Positions 1 to 12,848 of a stretch of DNA of 64,000 nt are shown piece after piece. Location of the stretch: NCBI RefSeq assembly GCF_037042905.1, contig NC_087247.1, positions 20,026,001 to 20,090,000 of the forward strand, in the 5' to 3' direction. This DNA is from Lytechinus pictus (Eukaryota). The number at the start of each line of letters is the position of its first letter. Position 1 is the first letter of the stretch. The notes under the pieces are model-generated. The model ran no database searches and was not told the DNA's origin. It was given only the letters and a program-made list of their open reading frames with translations. A program made the translations under genes and the position numbers.

Positions 1-665
1 AGAAAGGATCTCATCTTTAGTTTTGGACTTGGTCTTCTCAAGTCTCACCGCCATCGAGACATGTTACCCCCCACACGTCAATCTGTTTCGCGACACAGTT
101 CGGCCCTGCGTAATGCGCATCTTCTGGACTTACCGCGCTGCAGAACTCAGAGATACAAGAACTCAACGATCCCTCATGTCACAGCATTATTGAATGCTGC
201 TCAGTGATATGTCGAAATTGGCTATTGCTATGTATGTGCCTCTGTATATGTCATTGAACTCCATGTCAACCCTTGTTCATGTTTGTATATAATTTGTGTG
301 TAAAAGTATAAAATTGTTTTCTTCCCTTCACCTCCTTTTTCATAATTTACAAAAGGTTTTTTCCTCCTCAGTTTACATTGAAATCAATCAACATAATACA
401 TATCCCCATATTTTTGTGTGTTTTTATCGGTCATTCTATTTTATCTTTATATAGCATTATCCCCTTAATGATATTTATGTAATGTGTACAACCTCGAGTG
501 CAATATATAATCTTACTCTTATGTTCTTATTATATTTTGTTAATTCGTAGGTATATAATTTAATGTATTTTTCCTTGTTTCTGTTAACTTTGCATGTGTC
601 AGTCTTCGGACAGTTTTACAATGTCTTTTCATAATAAACCGAATTGAATTGAAAATGAAGTGAAA
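1..665 (+). mobile_element. 3' end of an L2-group (L2/Crack/Daphne-like) non-LTR retrotransposon: ORF2 C-terminus (1-207), 3'UTR and (ATTGA)-type tail
   Basis: Frame 1 reads RKDLIFSFGLGLLKSHRHRDMLPPTRQSVSRHSSALRNAHLLDLPRCRTQRYKNSTIPHVTALLNAAQ* (TGA 205-207), matching the typical 'RTxRYKNSxIP...LLN' ORF2 end. AATAAA at ~633 is followed by gaattgaattgaaaatgaagtgaaa. Confidence 0.8.
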
Positions 666-786
666 TCATTAAAAAATATTTGATGAAACGAAGGGGGGAT
701 TATTTATATATTCCCCAGTTAGGTATACATATCAATAATATATTATAATTTTTCGCGCTTATTGTGATCTAGATGCACAATGCATA

Positions 787-1011
787 CACTCTAAAAAGAA
801 AAAAAGATTTACCAAATAATGGGTAAAATGGGAACGTGCATTATAGATGGGTAAAAAGATACCAAATATTTTATTAATTTTACGCAAAGTTGCGTTGAAA
901 TTTACCCTTTAAACATGCATTTTGCCCAATATGGGGTAAAAAAACCCAGCAAACATGCATGTTCTTTTTATCCCAAATATTGGGTAAAATTTTACTCAGT
1001 GTTTTAGAGTG
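787..1011. mobile_element. MITE with CACT...AGTG termini and TA flanks
   Basis: TA|CACTCTAAAA ... TTTTAGAGTG|TA; internal repeated TGGGTAAAA/TTTACCC motifs; a related reverse copy lies at 46077-46261. Confidence 0.85.
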
Positions 1012-4000
1012 TACAGAGTTAGAAATATCATGATGATATTGATTTCTCAAAATGTATTCGCTTACAAAATACATTAAGCAGTCTTCTTAGAGATAATGCA
1101 GCGATTATGTGACGTAACATAATGGAAGCTTAACATAGAAAAAATTAATCTAAACTTCTTCTCCCAAAAAGTGATGACCGGAAATCTAAGGAAATAAGAT
1201 GTAAATAATTCGACATTTTGCGATTCTCCTCAACAAGGCAGATATGAAATAGACAAGACTTTTGTGGCATTTTACCTCTTTCTTTCACGAAGAAAATATG
1301 CAGTTGTCAGTCGTTTATTTGATATGTCAGTGATTTCCGTCTTCTAAGTTTTAAATAAACAGAATTAATACAGAAATTATAATCAATGAACGCTCAAATT
1401 GCATGGAGATATTAACACGTGGTTTAAGTATATGGATGAAATTTTCCTTTGAAATGGAATTGTGTCTTTTTTTCAGGAGTTGCACATTATTTTTCTTCCT
1501 TGAATTGATGAATGACAAATTCCTGATTATAATTGCAATTTATTACCCTGATTCTGGTGATGATGGCTTTGGTGATACGGAAAAACAATCGAAATTCCCT
1601 TTTTTTTTTATTAAATCGAACTATGAAAACATGAAACACGTCAATAGTTATTTTAATTAGTTTTATTCTCTAACAGTACAAATTATGTAACTCGACAGTT
1701 TTAACATCTTATTTAACATAATAAGATACATATATTTCATTGGCATATCTGAGAGAAAAATCAGCGCCAGGGATAAATTCAAGTCGTTCCTAGATGAATA
1801 TTCGCTCTTGAGGTCAGTCGCATATACAAAATTAGATCCACCACATGATTGGTTCACTATTTTGAAAAGTTTTAAAAGGTTCCCGAAAATCCTATGTAAT
1901 GGCGATGATTACCGTGGAATTTAAGAATAAACGTTGATAGAACATTTCCGGTGTTAAGAAGTGGTATCCAGAAAATTAGATGGCTAACTGTCCGCTGACG
2001 GTCTTAACTTTACCCATAATTGATTTATTTATTAGTTATTGAGTAGTTTATTGTTACTGATTGAGTGTTCATTTTACTACAGCATACATGATACACATAT
2101 TTCTGTTTTTTTCTTGATCAGTTTTCCAAATAAATAGAAAAGAAATATTACGTTATCATCATTAAGCTGCAGCGCCTTTATCATCTTAATAATGGTCAAG
2201 AAAATGATTATATGACCCTTTTCAAGACAACATGGAATATTGAAGACAAGTTTAAAACAGATTTTACAACTTCATCAACGGTAAAATGCCGGCAATGTTA
2301 TCAGTCACACCGGAAAGATTGAGCAAAGCTCTATTATAATGACATGCCGTCGGTGTGTTTAGAGTTGGATGTATCGGTTTGACTGTATCATGAAGGCAGG
2401 GCTGACATCTGCCAATATTTCTGTTGCACTTTCACATCATTTGCCACAGTAACACCCATGAAACCTACTCCAAACCGACCGATGTTATGTCATTGGTATA
2501 TAAAGTTATTGTTTTCGTCAGTATGGAGTCGGTTTCACGGTTGTGACCGTAGCACTGCCAGTTTCACATCTTTGGTATCAACGCTCAAAGCATTTTGTCC
2601 TAACACAATAGGCTCTACAGAATACTCCCCCGCAGTTATATCACAAAACATGTAAAAATTAACCGTTCGGTATTTGACCCACTTGCAGGACAGGTGCACT
2701 GGAGATTTAGAGCTAATCGCCGGGAAATATCGGCAATTATATCACCACCATATATCGTCAGTGCCAAAGCCGTTCCTTATTTCCCGCACAAGGATGCAGC
2801 CGGTCAGAATTATAAACCTCTTTCCTTTATATTTTTTGTTAAATGATTTCATCGTAAAAGCAGGCATGTAGCTGTTGTTTGTTTCATTTAACATCATACA
2901 ACACAACAAAAGAGTTTCCTATCACTTTTGAAATTGAGGCTGCCCGTATGACATTAATAATAACAATTCGAAATGACATCGGCGGGTGATGATAAATAGA
3001 GTCTAATCAGGCATATGAAGCCAAGAATAATCACCAACACACATTTACGTTCAGGTCAACTGTTACTTTCTTACTTAGATGCATTTTTCTCGTAATTAAA
3101 GCCTGACGCTTGCCATATATTTGATGAATTAGTCTGGATATATGAAATGGAGAAGTTCGCTATACGTGAATTTTGACTTGTTTACTTATTTTTTTCTTTA
3201 CCTTTCTGCTAAATGAGTTATTGCTGAAAGGCATACCGAACTGAACAACGTTGACTTCCCACTGCCGTTATGCTTATCTTTCAAAGAGAGTAATTTCTAC
3301 CGCCATTCACTCATATAGAATTAAGAACGAATTCTAAACAATTAAAAAGACACCTGTGAATATGATATACCAATAAGTTGTTGAAGTTATGTAACATGTT
3401 TCTTCTCTAATGCTACAGATATAATATGAAGTAATATAATGTTGTATGTTCGCACCTTCATGAGAACTATCGTTTAATAATTTTCTTTAAATCTTTATCC
3501 ATCCCTATTAGTTTTCTAACCATAGCCCAGCTGCAATCTGAATAAGTTAAAACATTTCCTCTCACCCACCTTTGATTAAACAAAAGACGTCGCCAGGGGG
3601 CGATTTCGCTTCCATTCCGAGAAAAACGAAAAAAATTGTGAAATCCAACCTAGATACAACCAGAACCCACAAGACTAACTGCCGCACGATGTTGGTCTCG
3701 AGCTGTCTTGGTCTTTTGGGCATTATTAATGATGGCACTTGGAAAGGATACAGCTAATGCCGTGGGCCATATTTCCTGGTAGGTAGCCATTTTGTTTTTC
3801 ATTCATTTTGACCAAAATTGATACTCTAAATAATTATGCCGTTAAAAGACACCTGATGATATCGATTTTTATATTGTTAACTTCAAGCAACTACTAATCG
3901 AGTTAATGATGATTTTTCATGGATATTTTATTAAATATTGGTCATATATACCCTGCTTCCATTTTACCAGCTTATAGTGGGCGATCATTTAAGATTACTT

Positions 4001-4121
4001 ATTCGCTCTCATATAAAAAACACAATCAATACGTGTTATTCCAGGGGAAGTTCCATAACTATCTTATTTGATGCACTTAAAATCAAATTTTACTTGTCAT
4101 CCTGTTTCATAAAAACAAAAA

Positions 4122-4180
4122 GTAATATATATATATATATATATATGTATGTATATATATATCTATATATATATATATAA
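4122..4180. repeat. (TA)n microsatellite
   Basis: Run of TA dinucleotides. Confidence 0.95.
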
Positions 4181-4263
4181 AGGCGTTATTTGCCAACGAT
4201 TAGTGGAACTCTATAAAATAACTTTTTACTTGATGAGATTAACATGAAAAGAACTGTGTCCTG

Positions 4264-4420
4264 GGGAGCGTTTCATGAAAGGAATTGTCGGACGTTTTAT
4301 CGACAAGTCCTATTTCATCCGACAGTTGCCACTAGTAGCAGTGCTTCTCAGCTTATCAAAATTGAATGAAAATGTCAGATCCGACAACTTGTTGGACAAA
4401 AATGCTGATGAAGCTTTTCC
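4264..4420. mobile_element. Short PIF/Harbinger-like MITE
   Basis: CTG|GGGAGCGTTTCATGAA ... GATGAAGCTTTTCC|CTG: 3-bp CTG duplication and imperfect TIRs. Confidence 0.65.
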
Positions 4421-6339
4421 CTGGTCATCGTTTCCAGTGGTGAAATCATTTCACATCTACCGTAGATTAATGTACGACGTTACGTCAAACATTCTGGATG
4501 CACCGGAATTTCATGTCTTTGTATTATTGTTGTCAAAGTTAAAAGAAAATCGTATTTGCAGGTAATCAAATACATACTTTTGGCCTTTGTCACCAATTGC
4601 CTAAAATAGTGACGGGTGAAATGTTCGTATTGATAACTATTTCGCCGCATCAATTCTTACGACATATTGACCAATCCTTTCTTTAAGATTCTGATGTAAT
4701 GTGTGGCTGGTGTTGAATTCAACTCTTTGAACACAGTCTTTATTTTATCAAATAAGACAAAGGGTATTCTTGACGACAAATACACTGTATCATTGGTAAT
4801 GGAGATCTAATGGTACATTTTAAGCATGAGCCTATGCAGGCGTAACATATCAAACAGTTCCGAGCTCTTTTACTGTCCCAAACGGTGCAAAATGTAAAGT
4901 CCGTCGTGAGCTGACTATACCTCCGTGCTTAAAACTGTAATTTAACACAAATTTTGAAGCCCAATAAAATGTTCACACTGTAGCTCCATTGGAAGAGCCA
5001 GCACCATCCCGGGTGTACTTATGTTCCTAGCGAAAACAACATTGCCCGTTTGGTTGAAGTCATTTCACATATCGAAACAGGTTTTGATCTAAAAGAAATC
5101 TGATCACAATAAAAGAATTAGAATAACCATAGGTGATTTATCAGTGCTCCTCACTTTTGAAAAATGGCACTCTCTTTCGAGACTTGAACACGATACTGCA
5201 ATAATTCTATTGAAATCCTACATGGGACTTAACAAAGCCACAAATAAGACGATAACCCACTTCTACAAGGTTCGCAGTACCTCGTTCCATTACGTCTCGA
5301 CCACTTCATTTACAGATATAAAATAGCCAATGTACCTAAAAGAGAGATAAAATTGAAACCTTATAGTTACAGATTCCATTCTGTCAAGGTATTACAGGAA
5401 CTCGGTCACGATGATCATGTTCAGTCGATTCTTTTTCATTTGGGAATCGTTGCTCAATCTTTGATGGGATACAACACTACTATACTTTCAGACTACATTA
5501 AAGATGATCATCAGAGGTATTCGAGTGGTTTTCATCTGTTCATATTGCCACTTCGTCTAGTGTTGCTAATGACTGCGAAGCCCGCGGTAAAATCACGATG
5601 AAGTGGAGACAATGAAAGGAAATATCTTTCGAGTGCAACCAACATTCCATTTTAAATATGTCTCATGACTATTATGATCTTCAGTCGTCTTAACGCGTTA
5701 TTTGAATCGAAACAGAGCAAATCAATGAGTACACACCGTTCTCACTAGCATAACGGATATACAGTACATGAACAGAAAGGTGTATTACTGAGGAATTATT
5801 GCATATGATTCATTGTAATAAGTAGCCCACGAAAAAGAAGTTAGTGAGGTACATGCTGTCAGCTATATCCCTCGCAGTTACATGTATATGTATATAAGCG
5901 GTAAAAGAAGAAACAACACTGGTAGCACCAACTAGAGCAGCAACATATAGCCTATTACAGTTGAAAACTTCATATACTAATATTCTAAAAACCGATTGGC
6001 CAAAATTCCATCATAATTAACTAATGTTGGATTTATGCCTTAATGGGCTGAGTGAACCAAAAAAAAGTTAAACTTAGAAATGGGGTTAATTGCCAACAGC
6101 TTTCGCACGTTCAGTCATCAAACTTTGTATACTAATGCGAGCGATGATGTTGCTACCACTTGAATAGATGCAGACAGCAGTTAGCTTCTGAGCAGCAACA
6201 ACTTCCATATTACTATTCTATCTTCTTTTATTGCTTTATATAATTTTATTTTCATTCTTTGATAGTAGCGCCTTTTCAAGATCTGCGGATAATGGGTCCT
6301 TGTCAATCCATTCATTCTCTATGTAAAAAGCTATTGAAA

Positions 6340-6560
6340 ATTCATTATTATTATTCATCAATCTAATTTTCATTTTCGATCAAACCATCATAATCATGAT
6401 AACCATCATTTAAAATGTATTATAATTATTGTTTTTATCATTTCTTTTATTGTTATTGTTTTTATTATTTTCATTATTGTCATTATCGTCATTATTACGA
6501 TTGTACAACAAGCATAATCATCAGTGTTATTATTCCTATACATGACAATTGTATCATCAT
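6340..6560. repeat. Degenerate (ATT/ATC)n low-complexity tract
   Basis: Imperfect trinucleotide repeats; explains the Y/C/I-rich spurious ORFs. Confidence 0.85.
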
Positions 6561-7054
6561 TAGCATTCAATCTACACGCCAAATATCGGCCATTGGCACT
6601 TTGGCAGTATATGACCACAGACTCTTGCGAAGGACTGGGATCAAATACGGCGAATCGCGATGCTTCGTCGATGCATCAGAAGAATATCACCTACCATAAA
6701 CCCATCGTCGCCTCATGAAAACTGAAAGATGACACCAGAGAGTAATAAGGAAAGGCTTTCAACTGGACAATGATATGGTTTGCAAGCGATTATCTTTGGG
6801 ATAGCCTTGGATTGTTCTAAGACCCCAGGCCCGATGGCTAACGATTCAATTCGTCTTGAAAATAATAATTGATTGGTCTCGTAGGTGATCTGTCTGGTTA
6901 AACAGTTCTTACTAAAAACAGGAAGAATACAACAATATGAGAATGGACGTTATTAAGATGTGAACCAAAAGACAGTTATTAATTAGCATCGATGCCTTTG
7001 GGTCCATGAACCTTAATATACCATTCACTTTCATTCATGCAAAAGGCAATTTAA

Positions 7055-7648
7055 AGGTCAAGTCACCCCAGAAAAATGTTGATTTGAATCATTAGTGGAA
7101 AATCAAAGTAGCAAAATGTCATAAAAATCGGATGTAAATTAAGAAAGTTATGACATTTTATAATTTCGCTTATTTTTCACATAATAGTGCTATGCATAAC
7201 TCAGTGACATGCAAATGAGACAGTCGATGATGTCCCTCACTCACTATTTCTTTTGTTTTTTATTGTTTGAATCATAAAATATTACATTTTTCACAGATTT
7301 GACAATAAGGACCAACTTGACTAAACCATATAGTATTAAACAATGCTAATTACAGTCATGTTCATGAAGGAATTAATCGCTGTTTCACTTGACAATGAGA
7401 AGAAATTTAGAATAATCCATATTTCATATAATACAATACAAAAGAAATAGTGAGTGGATGATGTAATCGGTCTCTCATTTGCATACTGACCAGGATGTGC
7501 ATATAACTATTTTGTGAAATTAAGCGAAACTTAAACATGTCATAACTTTCTTATTTTACATCCGATTTTGATGAGATTTTCAGTGCTATGCTCATTGGAT
7601 TTTTGTCTTTTTATTCAAATCAACTTTTTGTTGGGGTGGACTTGTCAT
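7055..7648. mobile_element. Kolobok-like MITE copy 1 (TTAA target site, AGG...CCT-type ends, long TIRs)
   Basis: TTAA(7051-54)|AGGTCAAGTC-ACCCC ... GGGGTGGACTTGTCAT|TTAA(7649-52); the arms are inverted repeats over ~200 bp; removing it restores the LINE frame KGNL|NATW. Confidence 0.88.
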
Positions 7649-8755
7649 TTAAATGCCACGTGGAACATAATAAACAATTGATTAACGCAACCACAAAGCA
7701 ACACTGACAGTCTTAAAATAGACAATGAAGAAATATCTCAACCGGCTAAAATCGCACAAGCATTCAACCGTTTCTTCACAAACATCGGTTCCAATTTAGC
7801 TTCCAAGATAGTGACAATAAGAATTTTAGAGAATATCTCACCCAACCAAATCAAAATACAATGTATTTTACTCCCACCATGGACCAACATGAAATAATCA
7901 AAATAGTAGAAGCTTTAAAGCTTTAAATAGATTTAACATCCAAAAAGTCAACAGGCTATGATGAAATCAGTATGAGGTTATTAAAGCAAATTATGATTAA
8001 TATTGTTTCTACATTGGAACATATCTTTAACTTATCACACTCCAATGGATGATGCTTCCCTGATCTGTTAAAAATAGCCACAAAGTCATTCCAATCTATA
8101 AAAAATGATTCTACCCAGGTTGCAAATTATCGGCCTATTTCCCTCTTGCCATGTATATCAAAAATATTAGAAAAACATTTTTTACAAAAGATTTGATTTT
8201 GTTTGTCATTATTTCACAAGCCCAAATCGGATTTAGAAAACATTTCACTACCGATTTCGCAATAACCAATTTATTAGACAAAGTTGTAAACTCACTTTCC
8301 CCCCAAAAAATCACGTCATTGCTTTATTTATGGACCTGAGCGAAGCATTTAATACCACTGATCATGATATTTCACTTCATAAATTGTATAATTACGGGGT
8401 AAGGGGCATTGTTTGGTCACGGATAAAATAGGCAACAATACGTTTCTATTGATTATTTCAAATCTCCAATATCGATTGCAACCTCATTTGGGGAATAGAT
8501 GCAATACTAGACTTAATCATATACTTTTATTGCAAAAGAAAGCGGTTAGAATTTGTTCCAAATCTTTCTTATACAGACCCTCTTTTTTATTGTCTGAAAA
8601 TATTCAAGATAAATGATACTAATACTCTACAAATAGCTCTTTTTATGCATACATATAATTATGAATTGCTTCCCCCAGTATTCACAGATTTATTTTCATA
8701 TGATAGCAATTTGCATTTATAACCAACTAGAACATGCAACAAAAAATACACTTAA

Positions 8756-9335
8756 AGGACAAGTCCACCCCAACAAAAAGCTGCTTTGAATAGAAAGAGA
8801 AAAATTTCATCAAAATCCGATCTAGAATAAGAAAGTAATGACATTTTTAAGTTTTACTTAATTTCACAAAACAGTTATATGCACATCCTTGTTGGTATGC
8901 AGATGAGGGGACCGATGACATCACTCACTCACTATTTCTTTTGTATTTTATTATGTGAAATATGAAATATTTTAATTTTCTCCTCATTGCCATGTGAAAA
9001 AAAAAATATTCCTCCCTGAACTTGTGGGATTCCATTGTTTTAACATTTTGTGGTTCAAATAAGAGGGTCCTATTTGTCAAATACGTAAAAATTGAAATAT
9101 TGTATAATTCAAACAATAAAAAACAAAAGAAGTAGGGATTGATTGACATCATCGACTCTCTCATTTGCATATCACTGAATTGTGCATATAACTGTTTTGT
9201 GATAAATAAGCGAAACTTTAAAATGTCATAAATTTCTTATTTTACATCCGATTTTGATGAAGTTTTCAGCGTTATTCTTGTTTGATTTTTCTCTATTTAT
9301 TCAAATAAACTTTTTTTCTGGGGTGGACTTGACCT
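8756..9335. mobile_element. Kolobok-like MITE copy 2, inverted relative to copy 1
   Basis: TTAA(8752-55)|AGGACAAGTCCACCCC ... GGGGTGGACTTGACCT|TTAA(9336-39); removing it restores LINE HL|NNPRT. Confidence 0.9.
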
Positions 9336-11877
9336 TTAAATAATCCCAGGACATTTTTGCACATAAAACACTAGACATCATGGACCTGATATTTGGATGG
9401 CATTGCCAGATTCACTCAAGCAGACGAAATAATTTATTAATTCAAACGAGCCATAAAAGAATTGCAATTATAAACTAATACCTAGCAAATTAAATGTTAT
9501 TATTTTGTCAATGTATTGCCTTTTGTCTAGAAGATGCATACTTCTTAAAAGAAAACAGTAAGAACACTTATTATTTTCTAAAAATATTATCCTAAGGACC
9601 AAGCATCTCCCTTGCCCCCCCCCCCCCGCTCCCAGTTCCTTCATGTATTTGCTCGTTTTATGACAGCAGATAATTATTCTGGATATTTTCCAAGGCTGTC
9701 ACGCCTTCAAGCTTTTCTTTTGTGACGACCCTTGCAACCGTCGTATTTATTGTGTTAAAGAAAATACCGCTTAAATGTTTTATGTATGATACATTTGATG
9801 ATTTATAAACAAAATTATTTGTTTATTATCTTTGTCGAATTCTAGATATGTATTTTCTTGTCGAGATTTTTGTTATGAAAAATGTTACAAAAACCAGTAA
9901 TGAAATGAAATAATTTTTACACTAGCTGGCTTCATGATGAGTTAGTAAGCTTTCCAATTATGTACATATTTGATAGATTTATTACTTCAATCATTCGTTC
10001 ATGCACTTACCCTCTGTTATTCATGCATTTCAAGTTTCACTAAGCTATTATATCATCCTTGTCAGTATATAAATATTCAATGCCCTTTTTCCATGTCTAT
10101 TATAGTTCAATGTCTGCTTTCAATGTGATAACACATGGTGAAGTGTTATGATGACTTTTAAGCATCAACCAATTGCATATTTCATACATCCAAGAATGGA
10201 ATGAAAGCGAGCTTCTGGATTACCATTTGCCATCTATCACTATAGCAATGCATGGGATCGTACCAACTCGGCCATGAATGAGGGAAATTCAATCACCTAC
10301 GTCAGTTTCAATTTCCTCGTTGCAATACAAAGCACCAATATTTACTGACAGATTTTCGTTCTCTTTCATGAGATCATCTCGATCTATATTGGCTAGAAAC
10401 AAAATCCAAGTTGATTAGAATATAACCTAATGATACCCTCGTAGCGAGCAACGAACGGTAGGTGAATATATTATTTATAGTGTTAGCTTATTTAATGCGT
10501 CATGCTTCGGAATACTGATGGGACGGCTTTAATGGCTGAACTTTTCTTTCCAGCCTGTAGCACCCGATCCACATTTCATGAGATTGGTGTCCGAAACTAT
10601 CCCTATGGCTTGCATGGTTATCATCTTTAACCCTGCCATTATGTGTAAACATGGCTTAATAATGAAAATCTGCGCGCGAGAATACTATAGATTTAACGAT
10701 AACTGTCATTTTCGGAATGTCCATAGAAACAACTTCTGTTGAAGTATAAGTGTCGTTCCCCATTATTGTGATTATCAAGTGACATTGGGTGCGTACCCCC
10801 TATCCCGTAGCACTGTCAGTTTTCCAGTTTCGCTTGTATAATTACCTCCTGCTCTCTCATACAAATATCTGTGTGTGGGTGTGCGTTGTAAGTGTGTGTG
10901 TGTTTATGTTTCCTAATGTTCACCCACTAGTTTGATATTCATGACAGAGATTTAAAGAGTGAGAGCTAGAAGTAATAACGGAATATAAGAATTTTCCTTT
11001 GAAATATGCAAGACGTTCCATCACACATTCCTCTGACATAATGTAGTTATGGGTCTTGATTAATGTATAAGCATTTAAGGACACTGCCCTTATTAATCAA
11101 AGTCTGATGTAGGCCTATATGGAAACTTTGGTGACTAATGGCTCAAAACATTGTCTGGAACAAAGAAGGCATCTAGCAAGGTTCAAGCAAGTACAAGGGC
11201 GGATCTAGGATTTACCAAAATACAGTCTTTTGACAAGTATATGAACAAAATAAAGGAGGTATTACACCATTCACGGGGAGCATTTTCCGTTACAGTTTTT
11301 ATCACAAGCAGAAAAGGTGTGTTTTGGTGGTTGGGTAAGTCCGCTTTTTACTCCTTTCTCTGAATCCCCACATTTTCATTTTTAAATCAATTTTGAAATT
11401 AAAGAAAGACTTTATTATGGGATATTGAAATCCTCAAATTTCTGTAACTTCTTCAAATATTTTTTCACCACCCCGATAGCGATCATCCCCGAAAAAAAGC
11501 AGACTAGCACGTATGAAATGTTTCCCGATAGAATTCATGGGAATAATATCCCAAGGAGAATGAGGCCAGTTGAATATCTATCATTTCCTGTCACTCTTCT
11601 TGTGTTTAAATGCCACTTTCCTGCCCACTCCATCAAATTTTTTTCTTGCTAATCTCGTACAGACAACTTCCTCCTAGGGGTGATATGCAACTAGTTCTTA
11701 AACATAAATGTTCTGCGGGGAGAAGGGGCCTTTAGTAATCTTTGCCATTATAATGTTCGAAGATCAGCGAATTTACAATCTAAAATTTATTATTTAGTAA
11801 TTGAAGCATGAAGACATGAACTATATAATGAATCATATCGATAGAAATGAACAATAACTAAGTATGGAATACATAAT

Positions 11878-11904
11878 GATGTATGTATTTATGTGTGTAT
11901 ATGT

Positions 11905-11938
<34 letters not shown>

Positions 11939-12066
11939 ATATACATGCACGCATACGTCCAACCTCACACACACACACACACAATATATATATATATATA
12001 TACATATATGTGTGGGTGTGTGTGAGGGTGGGTGTGTGTGTGCGTTTATTATACATATACCTATAT
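11878..12066. repeat. Compound (TA)n/(CA)n/(TG)n microsatellite
   Basis: Direct reading; accounts for several overlapping spurious ORFs. Confidence 0.95.
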
Positions 12067-12719
12067 AGGACAGACATGGCTGAAATTCATGCTTTTTCCG
12101 ACACCCTCCTACACAAACCGTATGCAGTATAATACCGTCCATTTTTTAGTTCAAGTCCAGATCTGCCATTTTAAGTTAATCCATTACAAGTCTTGGAACC
12201 ACAAGGGAATGTGAATACGAATATCAAGCGAGAAGGAGGATATTGAGGATTTATTCACAAGGCTTATGGCTTGCTGAAATCTTGTCGCCTGGTGGTGGTA
12301 GGAAGAAATCGGATCTTGAATGTTAAATGCTAAGATTATCGAGTTTAATGTGGAAAGGAAACGTTAGATTCTGTCGCCTTTGCTTCCACGTAATATAAAA
12401 AGTAATACAGACCTGTGGAAAAGGAGGAGGAAGTAACACAACGAATGAATGGAGAAGGAGGAAAGCGTAGAAAGAAAGATAAAGACAAACCGAGAGGGGG
12501 TACAGAAAATGAATAGGAAAAAAAGTTGGAAGACACCTCATTATTATTTTGTTATTTCATCTGTAACCCACCTGAAAACTTCGACTAAGATTCATTATTG
12601 ACTCTACAAGACCAACATGAAACATCTATCAACCTACTACATTTCTGTAAATTGACATGTATTTGCCACACTGAAGTTGTTGAAGATCGCTGACTGAATA
12701 AACATGTCTAGATGTCCTG

Positions 12720-12848
12720 GGTCCCGTAACTCAAAGGTTAGCGATTGATCGCACGCTTGATTTTTACGATTGATTGCACATTGTATTCAATGGAATCAAT
12801 CGTAGAAAAATGTTTTACGATCATTGCTAAGTTTTGTGTTACGGGCCC
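12720..12848. mobile_element. PIF/Harbinger-like MITE
   Basis: CTG|GGTCCCGTAACTCAAAGGTTAGCGATTGATCG ... CGATCATTGCTAAGTTTTGTGTTACGGGCCC|CTG: ~30-bp TIRs and a CTG target duplication. Confidence 0.85.

Larger units (their letters stand above)
7030..9915 (+). pseudogene. Decayed L2/Crack-group LINE (RT region, 3'UTR and tail), internally deleted and interrupted by two MITEs
   Basis: Pieces translate as FIHAKGNLNATWNIIN, KIAQAFNRFFTNIGSNLASKI, KKSTGYDEISMRLLKQI, FPDLLKIA-KVIPIYK, NYRPISLLPCISKILEK, QIGFRKHFTT, FMDLSEAFNT, LLQKKAVRI, HLNNPRT and HGPDIW..LPDSLK, with frameshifts and stops; (TGAAA)n tail at ~9900. Confidence 0.9.
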
